In this document: in pieces, positions 10,681 to 22,600 of the stretch | How the letters are laid out: each line of letters opens with the position of its first letter | How positions within the stretch are numbered: position 1 is the stretch's first letter | Translations under genes and position numbers: made by a program | NCBI GenBank assembly: GCA_022813865.1 | Contig: JALDZX010000041.1 | Span: forward strand, 1 to 64,000 | Reading direction: 5' to 3' | Source: Xylographa opegraphella | Lineage: Eukaryota | DNA length: 64,000 nucleotides | The notes under the pieces: model-generated | What the model was told of the DNA's origin: nothing | The model's input: only the letters and a program-made list of their open reading frames with translations | The model's database searches: none

Positions 10681-12120
10681 ATGCTTTACGATTGTACGTT
10701 GCGACGGCCGCGAATTGCTGTCGCCTTGTCTGTTATCTTTTCCGCCGTCATCACTGTCTTCGCCGTCCAGTCTCTATGGATGCCACACAGAGTAAACGTT
10801 GCTATTCCCCATGCCGGCCATGACTTGCTTCTTCCATACGATTATCGGCAACCTCCAGATGAAGTGGCGTATTGTGATGAGCGGTTTGGACTTCAATATC
10901 TGCGAACACTAAGCAACACGTCGGTTAATTACTGCGACGGCGACTCGCGCTCTAGCCTTACTTGCTTCCACAGCCAGACAGCTGAAAATGGCCGGGTTGA
11001 CTCGTTTTGTATTGGCGCACCAGCGAGTTTCAACAGTCTTGAAAAGACCTTCCAAATGGACTGTCAGGTCAGAGACTTGACTCAGGCAGAGAGCACAAAA
11101 GGGGTACCAAGATTTGAGCAGTTTCCGGATTACTGGTATAAGACTGGACCACGGTATATTTTCAACAAGTACATTAATATGCATGGCATTGAAGATATTC
11201 TACCTGTGTATAAGAAGCCCTCAGCAATTTCAGCAATTCTCGTTAAGCGTGAGGAGAAGGTAACCAACCTGTGGCACTCTTTGATGGAAATATCAGCTTT
11301 ATGTATGTCGCTGGACGTCCTCCAAGTAACTCGAGATCAAGCTACAGGTCAGGCATTTCTCACTCTGGAGGACGTTCAAAACACACAGGTTGTTATCCTC
11401 GACGATCATCCAGACGGGCCCTATTACGATATGTGGAGACTTTTTGCTTCTAAGCCGACAATCAGAATGAGCCAATTACAGGCGGACGAGATTCTGGATG
11501 TGAACACTCTGATCGTTCCTCTACCCGGAGCCAGTAATCCTTTGTGGCAAGGCGACTGGAAAGTTCACTCATGCGATCATTCGAAGCTCTTACGCACCTT
11601 CTCCGAAAGGGTCTCGAAGTTCTACAAAATCGAACAGGAGACGAAGAACCTGGATTCTCCGCTAGTGCTTACTTTCATTGACCGAAAGGAGAAGCGACGA
11701 CTGCTCAATAAAGAGCTGTACATGGGGAAACTGAGTTCGAAATTCCCCGCTGTCGAGATCCAGGTGATCGATTTCGCAGCACTCTCCTTTGTGGAGCAAA
11801 TTCGAATTGCCCGGCGCACTGATATTCTTGTGGGCGTCCATGGCGCAGGCTTGACGCACGAACTTTTCCAACGGCCGGGCTCTGCAGTCGTGGAGATTAT
11901 CCCTCATAGCCTGGCGCACAAAGGGTTTCGGAACTTAGCAAAACTTCTTGGTCATGGCTACTTTAATAGTCATGCCGATGACCGTCCTACAACAACACCG
12001 AAGGATGCGTGGCAAACTGATGATGTTTCCATCGAAGAAGCTCGCTTCATGTCCTTGATCGAAGTTGCTGTGAAAAGCATGTATAACAGAGGACTTCTCA
12101 ACAGTGACGTGATGAAATGA
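10681..12120 (+). CDS. GT61 glycosyltransferase (EOGT/xylosyltransferase-like), intronless, type II membrane protein
   Basis: N-terminal TM anchor, NLWHSLMEI, LTFIDR...RRL, and the GT61 signature EQIRIARRTDILVGVHGAGLTH...AVVEI...HKGFRNLAK. Confidence 0.9.
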   Translation: MLYDCTLRRPRIAVALSVIFSAVITVFAVQSLWMPHRVNVAIPHAGHDLLLPYDYRQPPDEVAYCDERFGLQYLRTLSNTSVNYCDGDSRSSLTCFHSQTAENGRVDSFCIGAPASFNSLEKTFQMDCQVRDLTQAESTKGVPRFEQFPDYWYKTGPRYIFNKYINMHGIEDILPVYKKPSAISAILVKREEKVTNLWHSLMEISALCMSLDVLQVTRDQATGQAFLTLEDVQNTQVVILDDHPDGPYYDMWRLFASKPTIRMSQLQADEILDVNTLIVPLPGASNPLWQGDWKVHSCDHSKLLRTFSERVSKFYKIEQETKNLDSPLVLTFIDRKEKRRLLNKELYMGKLSSKFPAVEIQVIDFAALSFVEQIRIARRTDILVGVHGAGLTHELFQRPGSAVVEIIPHSLAHKGFRNLAKLLGHGYFNSHADDRPTTTPKDAWQTDDVSIEEARFMSLIEVAVKSMYNRGLLNSDVMK

Positions 12121-12674
12121 TGATTGACGTACAGCTCTATCGCATGATTCGATCAGGGAAACTGCTGACATATAACCTACCAAGTGGACATGCCTCGGCA
12201 GTCTGAATACATTGATCTGGGGTTAACCAGAAGACGCACTCCCGTGTGTTCATCGTTCAAAATCCCGGGAGATCTTAATCTCGCTGGCTATCATACTGTC
12301 AGTCGCCACGAAATCCGGGCCTGTGAACGACTTTCATTCGGGAAACTGGATCGCTTATGGTTAACAACTACGTCCATGAGTTAGGACCTCGACCCAGATT
12401 CAATGTCTTGCATCACTATCTATCGCTCCGAGCGCCGAAGAACTTCTGAGGACCCCGCAGAAGTGAGGAAAAAGTGATGATGGTACAGCAAGAGGCCCTT
12501 AAGGTATGCACGGTGACTCTCTGGACCGGTCAAACGCAATTATTGTGGTTGAGTTAAACACTAGTATCCGAACCACTGTCGAAACGGATGTCAGCATACA
12601 CTACCTAACAAATACAAAATCTGCTCGGTACAATTTCTCTATCGATTCCGCGGAAGCACAGGATAGTGCTACCC

Positions 12675-14431
12675 TTATGTCTTAGGCCTCAAGTCAACCA
12701 CCCGGAACTCTAAACCCGCTAATTCTTGAACATGTCCTGGTCGTAATGCGTCGGTGTATATATTATTTTCTGCGTGTGGATGAAAGAGTCCTGTTTGTGT
12801 GCAATTCAAAACTGACCGCATGCCTGGAGGATCGGTGAGACGAAATACCCCCCAGCTTTGACGACACTGTCAGTCCTATTGCCCCAATACCATAGATTTG
12901 GAAGTAACTTACTCTCCTCTGCTGGGTGCACAGACTATGGCAATACTTTCCGGCATCATTACCTGATACCCACAATGTGTGTGCAGATCACGGCTGCTCA
13001 TGAAGCATGTTTGTGTTGGGTGTGTATGGATCCAACCGAGAACCATTAAGTCTTCGCCGTCTACATAGTCGAAGAGGTCGCTTTCGTTCACAGTCTCACA
13101 AGTATCCGATGTGCTTTCTTGGTCCGGTATAACCAGCTTAGAGATGAAAAGGGCGTTCCGAATCAACGTACCGCAAAGTATGCCACAGGTCTCCAGGTTT
13201 GCGCGAGTATTCGCCTGTGCAACAGACAGAAATGTGTGGCGCAAATCGGGAGGTAAGAATATGGTTCGCAGTGGTGCACCATTCTCCAGGTATGCTGACG
13301 GTACAAAAAGCTTCGTTGCTGGTATGAGATCATCCTGCAGAGGAGAAGCAGTCTCCGATCGCGAAGGTACGGCAGGCTGGGAGAACGGTTGTTTCGGTGG
13401 TATTGCGGGAGTGCCATAACGCGAGGCAATAATGTCTTTAGGTGGCGGCTTTGGTGGCCGCAGTGGATCAAGTATCTCGCTTCCAGCTTCTCTTCGCGGC
13501 AATGCTTCAGTCGAAGTTGGCTCAAACTTCAAGTCCCCAGTTGGCGAGTTTGTCGGTATCGTTGGGTAAACGTAGGATGGACGTGTATTCTGCACTGACG
13601 GTCTGGTTGTGCCGTTCCGCAATCCACTCACTTTGTTCAACTCAACCTGATGGTGTACACTCTGTAGCTGTTGACTTAATTTGTCAGGATCCGCATCTCG
13701 ATCACCATGGGCCAAAGCTTCCTCCCAATTGCCCCAAAGCCCAGCCGTACGTCGACTTTGTGCAACCTCTTTAGATATTCCGGCCTGAAGGGTGGAGTGT
13801 CTGGCAACAGCTCGACGCTTGAGCTCCTTATGCGCTAGACGTACTGCAAGCTCTTTGTTATCCTCGGCGACCAGGGTTTCTGGATTGCCAGCAATGGCCG
13901 GATCCGATGGCGTTCGCTGGTGAGGGATGCTAGCGCCAAGTCCGTCATGTTCTGCAACACGGCTCTGTTTACGAGATGATGCTAGGGTTTTCCGCGCATC
14001 TCTATCTTTCATCAGCTGTTCGTAGCGGTCATATCTCTTTTTAATCCGCGGCTTTAAAATCTCCAGCTTTTTGAGACTCTTTACGACATCCTTTTCCGCA
14101 AGACCTAGAGCCTCCTTGCCCTCTCGCGTGCTGACATCGGGATGTTTTGCCAAGTTCTTAAGTACCAGCTGGGCATGCCTGAACAATAGCAGATAGGTTT
14201 GCTGATCGTTCCCTTCATGTTCGTATATTTCAGCCTAGTCCATGATTGTTAGACTGAAAGACACTGTAGAAACGGGGTATGAACCTCTTTGAGCAGCATG
14301 CCAGCAGTGCGGAACCAGTATTTGAGTGGGATCGTCGGGTTATACTCATAAGCCAAAGCCTTCTCTACGATCTGCTCGACGTTCATGGGTTGCAAGGGTA
14401 TTCTCCGATCACTGTCTCCACGTACAGCCAT
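12675..14431 (-). CDS. AMSH/STAMBP-like JAMM deubiquitinase (Sst2-like), 3 exons
   Basis: N-terminal USP8-dimerisation/MIT-like region (IPLKYWFRTA..LLKEA) and an MPN+ domain (NLETCGILCG, LGWIHTHPTQTCFMSSRDLHTH). The last exon reads WGVFRLTDPPG..C..TGLFHPH...VVDLRPKT*. Confidence 0.93.
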
Positions 14432-14646
14432 GTTGAGAGGAAACACCGTAAGATCAGAAAGTCACAGTCTCAGTGGTACCAAGCACAGTTTGACGCAGCG
14501 CTGGAATCATGCTGCCTTTAATGTTCCTCGGAGTGTTGACATTGAAGTTATGTCGGTACATAAATTTCCTAAAAAGTTTATGCCGAGGCTCATTTGGCGT
14601 TATGAATGTGGCGCAACTGAATAATGGAGGTCACGTTTGTCAAAGC

Positions 14647-16436
14647 ATGCAACAGATTCCAAAGGTCCTCAAGCAGGTTCCAAAGGTCTCCAAGCAGGTC
14701 GCGAAGTTACCTCTCTCGCGGTGGCTTGATCGGGGCAAAAAACGCGTCAAATTGCCCAAAGGTTCCTCGGCAGAACGCATCCAAATCGTGAGTCCAGAAT
14801 TATGTGGTAAGTCGGCTCGACCTCACTCGAAGCGCATGCAAGATATTCTAACACAATTTATCCAGACGACGCCCTCATACGCCTCGACGCATCTCTCAAA
14901 GACTATGTTGGCTGTGACATCATCGATATCAACCCTGGAGTGTGTCAGTGGTCGACCAAGGTCCATGAACGCTTAAAGCCGCGAAGGCATATATTAGTCG
15001 AGCCGCTGAACAATGCCTACGACCAGTTCCTTCGTCCTCTCGTAGACGCTCCTGGCTCTAGATATACTCTAGCGGACACCAGTGGTCTTACGGACATATG
15101 GAACCTTAGGGACTACCTTAAGAAGGGCTGGCTGCCGGAACAAGCACAGTTCATAGGCCCGGAATTGGGCTCATATGATAATAACAAAACACTACTTATA
15201 CTCGCGAATCTGAGTCAAAACCGCCGAGCTCATGGAGATAAGGGTTCTGCACACAAGATCAGTCAGTCTCACTTCAAAGTGCTCGAATTCATGCGTTGTT
15301 TAGAGACGCGATCTGGTTTCCACTCGAAAGGGCCTGTACGAATGCTGATGTGGTTGTCGGACCATGATAAGATCAATCTTGTGCCTCGTACGACCTCCAG
15401 TCGAAGGAGGCTTTCAGTATACAGCGAATTATATTGTGAAGTTGAGGAAATCGTTGGTGATGTACTTGGACCACACGCTACTCGACGGGAAGCTTACATC
15501 GATTTGCAAAGCACTCTTCTCACTGCACAATGCATGAGGAAGAATGGCATCATTGTGCCGACTAATCGTATGGATATAATGCCACGAAAGCTCAGAACTG
15601 AGGGGCTCGACGCCGTCTATATGAGCACGCGTTATAACGATAGTGCAATTCACGGTGAGCGCCCATGGCACAAAGAACTCCACGACTTGCGAGAAGGGTT
15701 CGCCAATGGAACTTACTCACAGTTCGTTGGAGGACCACCAGGCTTTGAAATCCGTAAGCGTAAGAGTGGTGACATGGTCATCACTCCCGAATTTAAGAAA
15801 TTTCAGCTATTAGTGCGAACAGAGAAGAATCAACGCAATAAGAAAGCAGAAGTGGATGCAATTTTGACAGAAGACGCGAAAATACGCTCAAGACAACTAG
15901 CCATTGTGACCAATCAGCATCTCGCAGACGAGGAGCATATTCAAGAATTAGATGGACACATTGAACGGTACAGGGAGCTGCTTGCTCGGCAACCAAAAGT
16001 CCGTCTTAATTCAGTACAATTCTTTGCAGATGACAGAGTCGCATGGTCAGACGATTCTCCCTTACTTACGTGGGATCACCGAAACGCGGAGCCCATCATT
16101 CCACAAGCCAATGAGTTTCAGAGCCCGAAAGCCTTAGCGCTGCTGGATTTCCGGCCCAAAGCTTCCGCTGTGAATGTCCTGACCACCAAGCAGCAGAAGT
16201 ACCTGGACCACATATTGCTTAGCTTTTTCGCCACTCCTGGTTTCTCAGTTGGGGCTGCACTGGACGCGATGGCTCCAGGCGCTGCCAAAGCCATCATTCC
16301 AAAAGTACCGTCTCTGCGAGATCCACAGCGCGGAGGCCGGATGGACTTGGATAACCTGCGGGTCAGGGTACTGACGCCGGAGATGCTGCAGGAAATCGCT
16401 GTGGCATGGGACGGGTGGCTGTTCAAGCCTACATAG
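14647..16436 (+). CDS. Mitochondrial transcription factor Mtf1-like protein (rRNA adenine dimethylase fold), 2 exons
   Basis: Spliced N-terminus RIQIVSPELC|DDALIRL..YVGCDIIDINPGVCQWSTKVHERLKPRRHILVEP, then LLILANL, GPVRMLMW, and a C-terminal LRVRVLTPEML..IAVAWDGWLFKP. Basic presequence-like start. Confidence 0.75.
14657..14698 (+). repeat. 21-bp tandem duplication in the Mtf1-like presequence
   Basis: TTCCAAAGGTCCTCAAGCAGG followed by TTCCAAAGGTCTCCAAGCAGG, encoding PKVLKQV/PKVSKQV. Confidence 0.8.
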
Positions 16437-16670
16437 GTTGAAACGTCAAGGGCTGTTCCACAAGTGAATCAAGCCGCTATCGAATAATCCCGTGTCTATG
16501 CCAAGGTTATCTGTGTATGGTGACTTCCCCAACGTATCATTTGTGATAGCGTGATTGGTAGCTCATCAAATAGTCAAGAAGTGATGTAACTTATCATAAA
16601 TAAATAAAAGCTTCTTCTCATGGTACGCGGCTCGGAACATCCTACCTGGGTAGTAGTACTTTTCTCATAA

Positions 16671-19600
16671 TCATTCATCCATTCCTCTTCCCATCAACCA
16701 CACCGCAGCTCTCAGCCGCCCTATCCTCTCCTCCCCCAACCAACTCAAATTTTGGCCCCTTCTTTTCATCATCTCGGCCCACGCAAACAAGACCCGCAGA
16801 TTCCACAATCGCTCTGCTCGTCCACTATTCAAACACGCCTTCTCGAGCATCAAGCGGTCGTCGACGACTGTGCTCCGAGTGCGGTTGTAGAGTACCATTG
16901 TGCCTTCCACGGGCAGAACCAAAGTCCGCTCTGCTCTGTCGAAGCCTCGGAAGGATGGCAAGTCGAAAATCCACTCGAACACTTGTCTGTTAGCTTGTTG
17001 TGCCATCTGCAAATCGTCCAGTGCTTGAAGGGTAGCGCTGAAGACCGACGAATGGGAATCATAGGGCCCCCTGTGGCGGACGTAGATGCTCTGGTAATGC
17101 TTGAAAGCGGGGAGGTGCGCCGGATTCTGGGCGAAATCCAGTGTGACACGCCAGTATTTGGGGTCGTCCGTACTGATATTCGCAATACTTTCAAGTTCAG
17201 GAAGCAAGCAAGGTGCTGTGGCAGACATAGCAATCCCTGAACGAAGCGTGACCACGACCTGCATGGAAATCGGGCGGTGAGTATCGGCATCACGAACTGT
17301 GAGGCATCGAGGCTCAGCAGCGAGTACCCAGAAGTGACGAAAAGCTTGAAGGTGAGATTTATTGTCGAGCACTACAGTTGGGAACAAGGGATAGAAAGCA
17401 CAGAGCAACGATGCGAGCGCAATATTGGATGTATTGAATGAGTGGGTTCCTCCAGCCAGGAAGAGAACGCCGATTGCTAGATGCGTGGCAAGATGGCTAC
17501 CATATGATGTATCGGGATCACAGCGACCGTGTAATAGTCGTAAGCGTCGAAAGATGTATAGATCTCCAGTGCCAGCCATGACACTTGCTGCAGCTAAAGC
17601 AACAACATCCTGACAGTTTCGAGTTGTGATACGTGTAAGCTTTCCGTCATAATTCAAAGCGGGTAGCCGGCATATTCGAATGAACTGATCAAGATAGTGT
17701 CCGAGGAGATTCCTAACATCTTGCCGTGCTGTCCCAGCGAACCTAAGACCAATGGTGAAGCACAGGCCAGCGACTATATTCAATAGAGGCATATCCTCAG
17801 TCCTGAGTACTCTGAAGCCGTTCAATTTGAAATTTGGCTGATTCAGTAGCGGAAGCTGTCTGTATATCCAGGCATACGTTGGCGAGATTTCCTTCCACAT
17901 GATGAGGTGACGAGCCACAGTTCGAAGGAGGAATATATCAGGTCGTACGTAATCAAACTGGTGAGTAGTGTCAGGAATGTCAATTTTTCTAGCAAGAGCC
18001 TCGTCCTCCGTCTTCATAAAGATCAAAGCAACTGCCATCACGGCACCTGCCGTTGCTTTGTCAAGGATATGTACTATGTCGACTCTTCTGGTGCCTACAG
18101 CGAGAGCCAGAAGTCGTTCCACGATACGCATGTCATGTAGGCCTTTCAAATTAGTACCTTTGCCTAAGTTGATATAGCCAAGAGCGAAGCCAGCAGCCAG
18201 TCTATAGCCTTCGTCTCTCAAATTTTCCATGGGACTGATGTTGTCATCCTGGTCTATGTTTTCCATTTCGGAAAGCATGACTTCACTCATCCGTCGGTGC
18301 TGTGTGTTGCAGTAGAGAAGACCAATGGCCATTATGCCAGTTGTTTGCGTCAAGGGCGAAAGGTTTAATTCAGCTGCGCCTGGTGGCAGCATTCGAGTTA
18401 CATGCACCGACAACAGTCTTGTGATGAGAGTGTCCATAGTACCAAGATAAGATGCAGCTAGTCCTAATAAGAGTCCAATAGAAGTCATTGTGTGTTTTGG
18501 TGTCAAGTACTTGAACGCAACCCACTTTGCAATGGACCTAAGATGTCCATTTAGTCCAAGTGCGAGTAAGAACCCAGCGTGTCTGTTCTGGAGCTCGACT
18601 GGTTTGTTGAACAGAATCCATGAAGTATCAATACCCTGCGCTTCTCGAGATATGCTAAGACCGGCTTCGACGCCAGCATGAAAGAATGACCAGGATACCT
18701 TTTCCTCGCTGAAGGCCCCACGGTCTGCAGTGACGGTAGTGTTAGAAGGCTTCATGACACAGGCAAGAGAGAAGCCATGGATAGGGAATCTCTCGGTCAG
18801 TAATGGGAAACGAGCATTGTAGAAAAGCATTCCACGACCCGCCGAGACGGAAAGAGTTCGGACAGCGACGACCTTGACCAGCTCCTGCTGTGCTTCAAGT
18901 AAGTCCGTATCAGACCAATCAGGCTCTGGTGCACAGTGTACAATAGGATGCCTGAGCGGATGAAGTAACTTAAAAGCTTCAGCAAATCTTTGATCGTCTT
19001 TGAATATCATCCGTGTGACAGAGTGTCGATCTGCTTCCGCAGCGCCGTCATAAGCACCAATCGATTCGGTGTCAAAAGTGGAGGTACAGATGGTATGCAC
19101 ATCTCGAACAGCCTCATGGGAAGGAGATGCAGTAGATTTCAACGGTTTCCGTCTGATTTTATCTGGCTGTTCAAGAAGAAGGATATCATCTCGGTCAATC
19201 ATGGAAAGGATATTTGTCGACCATGTTGTTGCTGGGTCGATTTGACAGGTAGCTATGGATGCTCGCAATGAGGCAGCGATACCCTCCGGGAATGAGTCCA
19301 ACATGAATATGTTTAGCCCAGCAGCTGCCATGACTGCCAGGTGCTGTGCTGCAGGCCAATTTTTGGTATTGAATAAATCCATCACCATCATCGTCCTCGG
19401 AGTTAAACCCTTTAACAGAGCAATTTTAGCCGTTCTAACGTCGTCAGAAGCTGAATTTTGGAAGCTGATATCTAAGAGAGTTGGAAACTCAGTAAGGTCT
19501 TGAACCAGCGCTGCGTTTTCCAGATGCTTCATTATGGACGGCGGTTCCATAATATCACGAGGCTGGTGACGATTCAAGATCACACCCTCATCAAAGATCC

Positions 19601-22600
19601 AGTGATTTATATCCTCCATTTCAAGCACGTAGTATGCATCTGCTCTCCAGCCCCATGATCGCCAGTTCAGCCATCCACCTATCTGTGCCAGGATTGGGGC
19701 GAGCGAATCCAATTCCGATGCCGCGAGAAGATTGAGCTTCAATTCTTCTCTGAAAAGATGTAATCCTATAAGAACATTGGCCAATGCAGTACGCCGAAGA
19801 TCTGCTGACTTAGACTGTACTATGGATAGGTAACCACGTTCTCCGACCGCTTGCAGTCCTGCGCTTGATTTTATAAATTCACCAGCTAAGCCGAGACAGT
19901 CTACCAAGAACGTACTTTTGCCGCTCACGATTTTTTGGAAGCTTCCTTGGGGGTTGGAGGATTGAGAAGTTGCTCCTCGGCCGCTTTTAGGGTCCTGACC
20001 TGAAGTAGTATGATCCTCAGTAGACTGAGTCCATGCCCAAGCAGCGCTCCGGAGCCAGGGAGGTGGCAATCCGGAGAAGTCTGCTTCCAGGGCCATCATC
20101 GTGTTCCAATTGTCCATATTTACAGACGCACCGCTGCTTGATCTGAGAAGAGCTCCTTTACGTTTTTTTGGCCTCGGCGTTCCTTGCAGTTCGCGGTCTC
20201 CCATAAGCGCGGCAAATATTGAAAACAAAAGAACCACAAACGCTGTCCATTCCGTATCAACTATTTCAGGCGACCGAACCCGAAACCATGAAATGATGTC
20301 CCACCATGCCCTGGTGAATGGTTCGAGCTCTCTATCATCGCAGGGCAATATGTACTCACACACTCTTAGAAGGTCTCGAACAAGCTTATTTGCGGGCTGC
20401 ATTTGCAACTCTATCCGGTGTCTAAAACCCTTGTCATCTTTGATATCCACACGATTCCTACCGGCGTTGTGTTCTATGCCGACTAAAGAGCTGGCGCCTC
20501 CGCTGAGTACTCTTTTGAGCCCACCTTCACGTTTACTCAACGGTTCCTCGCGCTGGTCGGTTTGATATGGATTATGAATAAGCAGTTTCGTGGGTAAAGT
20601 TACTTTGTATGGTGTGTTCCATGGGGTTTGTAGACATAACTCGCTAGATCCATCAAGCGTCTCGTTCAGGAAGAGAATTCGGGATTTTGTGCCATCGGAA
20701 ACCTTACAAGCACCCAGAACACCATCACCTCTTCTGATATCAGTAATCTTGACCTGGTAGATTCCATGACCATCTTCCGAAGCCCTGGGCTTGATTTTTC
20801 GTGATTTTGATGAGATTGAGAGTGAAAGAGTGGAGACATGCCGACTGATTTTATCAAGTATGCACATAATCAAGTCTGCAACTGATTGGCCTGAATCAAG
20901 GGCGGGTTTTTTGAGAGTAAAGACTTGATATCGTCCTGCACTTTTGGTAACATCGACCCTCTGAAAGCTTTTTTCGGCAGTAGGAGGGAAGCTATGAATC
21001 TTAGTAAAGAGCATCTCTTTTCGCAGTCCTGCCAAACTGCTTGGAAAAGTAGATTTAATTCCTGCATCAGATCTTTCGTTGCTTTCGTCTTCGACATCAA
21101 GAAGCCTTGATGTATCGCCCAGGTCATGGACAACATCATGTCCAGTCTGGGGACCAGGAGTACTTCGGCGGTAGTTCGTGATACGTTCAGTTGGTTTACC
21201 GAAACTTAAACGGACTGGTTGATAATTTGTAGATTGCGCCCTTTTAACTCCAGCGGTAGTGGTGTAGTTGGCTGTCAGATCGGGGAAAGCAGTCCTCTCA
21301 CGATTTGTTGACAGATCTGACCGAGCTAACAACGAACTCACCCGTCGAGATGATTTTGCAGGATTTCCTGGGTTTTCGAAAGCAGGATCCAACTGAGACG
21401 CCAAGCTCTCTTCAGTTTGCCGAGGGTGGTCTCCCTCTCTTACCGCATCCTCAGCTGAGAGAAAACTTTCCAACGGACCAACAGATTGCCGAACAGCAGA
21501 AGTAGTAGCACCTGTGCCAATTCCCGGTCCAAAGGAGCTTCGGCGACGCGAATATTCGTCGCTAGTTGAGGACTGGTCTCTCTTGACTGGTCTCCGCTGA
21601 TTAGGTGTCAAATAAGATACGACCCACAATGTGTTCAGACCAGTCTCGGAGTTTTCCGTCAAAGCTAATATCAAGGGCGATGGGCCCGCACTTCGCCCAC
21701 CATCACCTGCTAGCTCGTCCGAGGATGAGATATACTGTATTTCTTCATCAGAAGACAGAATACCCATTGAGAGGAACCCATCTCGTTTGTTGCGGCCTGG
21801 GCTGGTGGCCAAGCTCTCTACAATCAAACCCATTTCACTCAATGGGTCTGTTAGACAAAGGAGACGAGGTAAATTGGTGTCGACGTGTCGGGTAGACATC
21901 GCCAGAATCTGCTTGAATGACGAATCAAATATCTGAGAATGGCCGGAGTGCTGTCCAGTATTAATCAAGTTTTGCAGAGGCTGAGAATTGGGCACGCTCC
22001 AGGATGAACCTAGATTTGAGAATGCAAAGGAGTTTAAGGGTACAGCAGGCAATGTAGGAGTCGAATGCTTTGGGAAGTTTTCAGCTGTTTTTCTTTGCAG
22101 AAGTACACCTCTCGGCAAAGCAAAAGCAGCTGCGACTTCAAAAGGAAGATGAACAATGTGACTTGTTCCACGAAGAAAGAAGACATGTGCCTGAGTTTTG
22201 AGTATCACAACAAGGGCACGGTCGGAATCAGCAGATTGAGGTAAATGGTCATTGTGACTCTGCCGGGATGTGTTTCTAGATTCTGACTTAGCACTGGCTG
22301 TCTTGACTTTTGCTGAGCGTGCGTTTCCGGGATCTTTGGACGATGCAGGCTTCGGTACGAAGTCATTGAATACAGAGTCTCGACTAGTCTTTTCCAAAGT
22401 CGAGGAGAACCGGGCGAATAAAGCCTGGACGACCGTTTCACTCTCGATTTTTAGATTAAAGAGCCTCTGGACAACTCCTGCTCTTGACCAGGCTACGCAA
22501 TATTGCGTGATGAGAAGCTCTTCATCTTCATTGCCTGTATGGCCGATGTCGCCACTATCTTGAGGCACTGTCTGCCACGAGTAAGAACTTTCCGGCGGGT

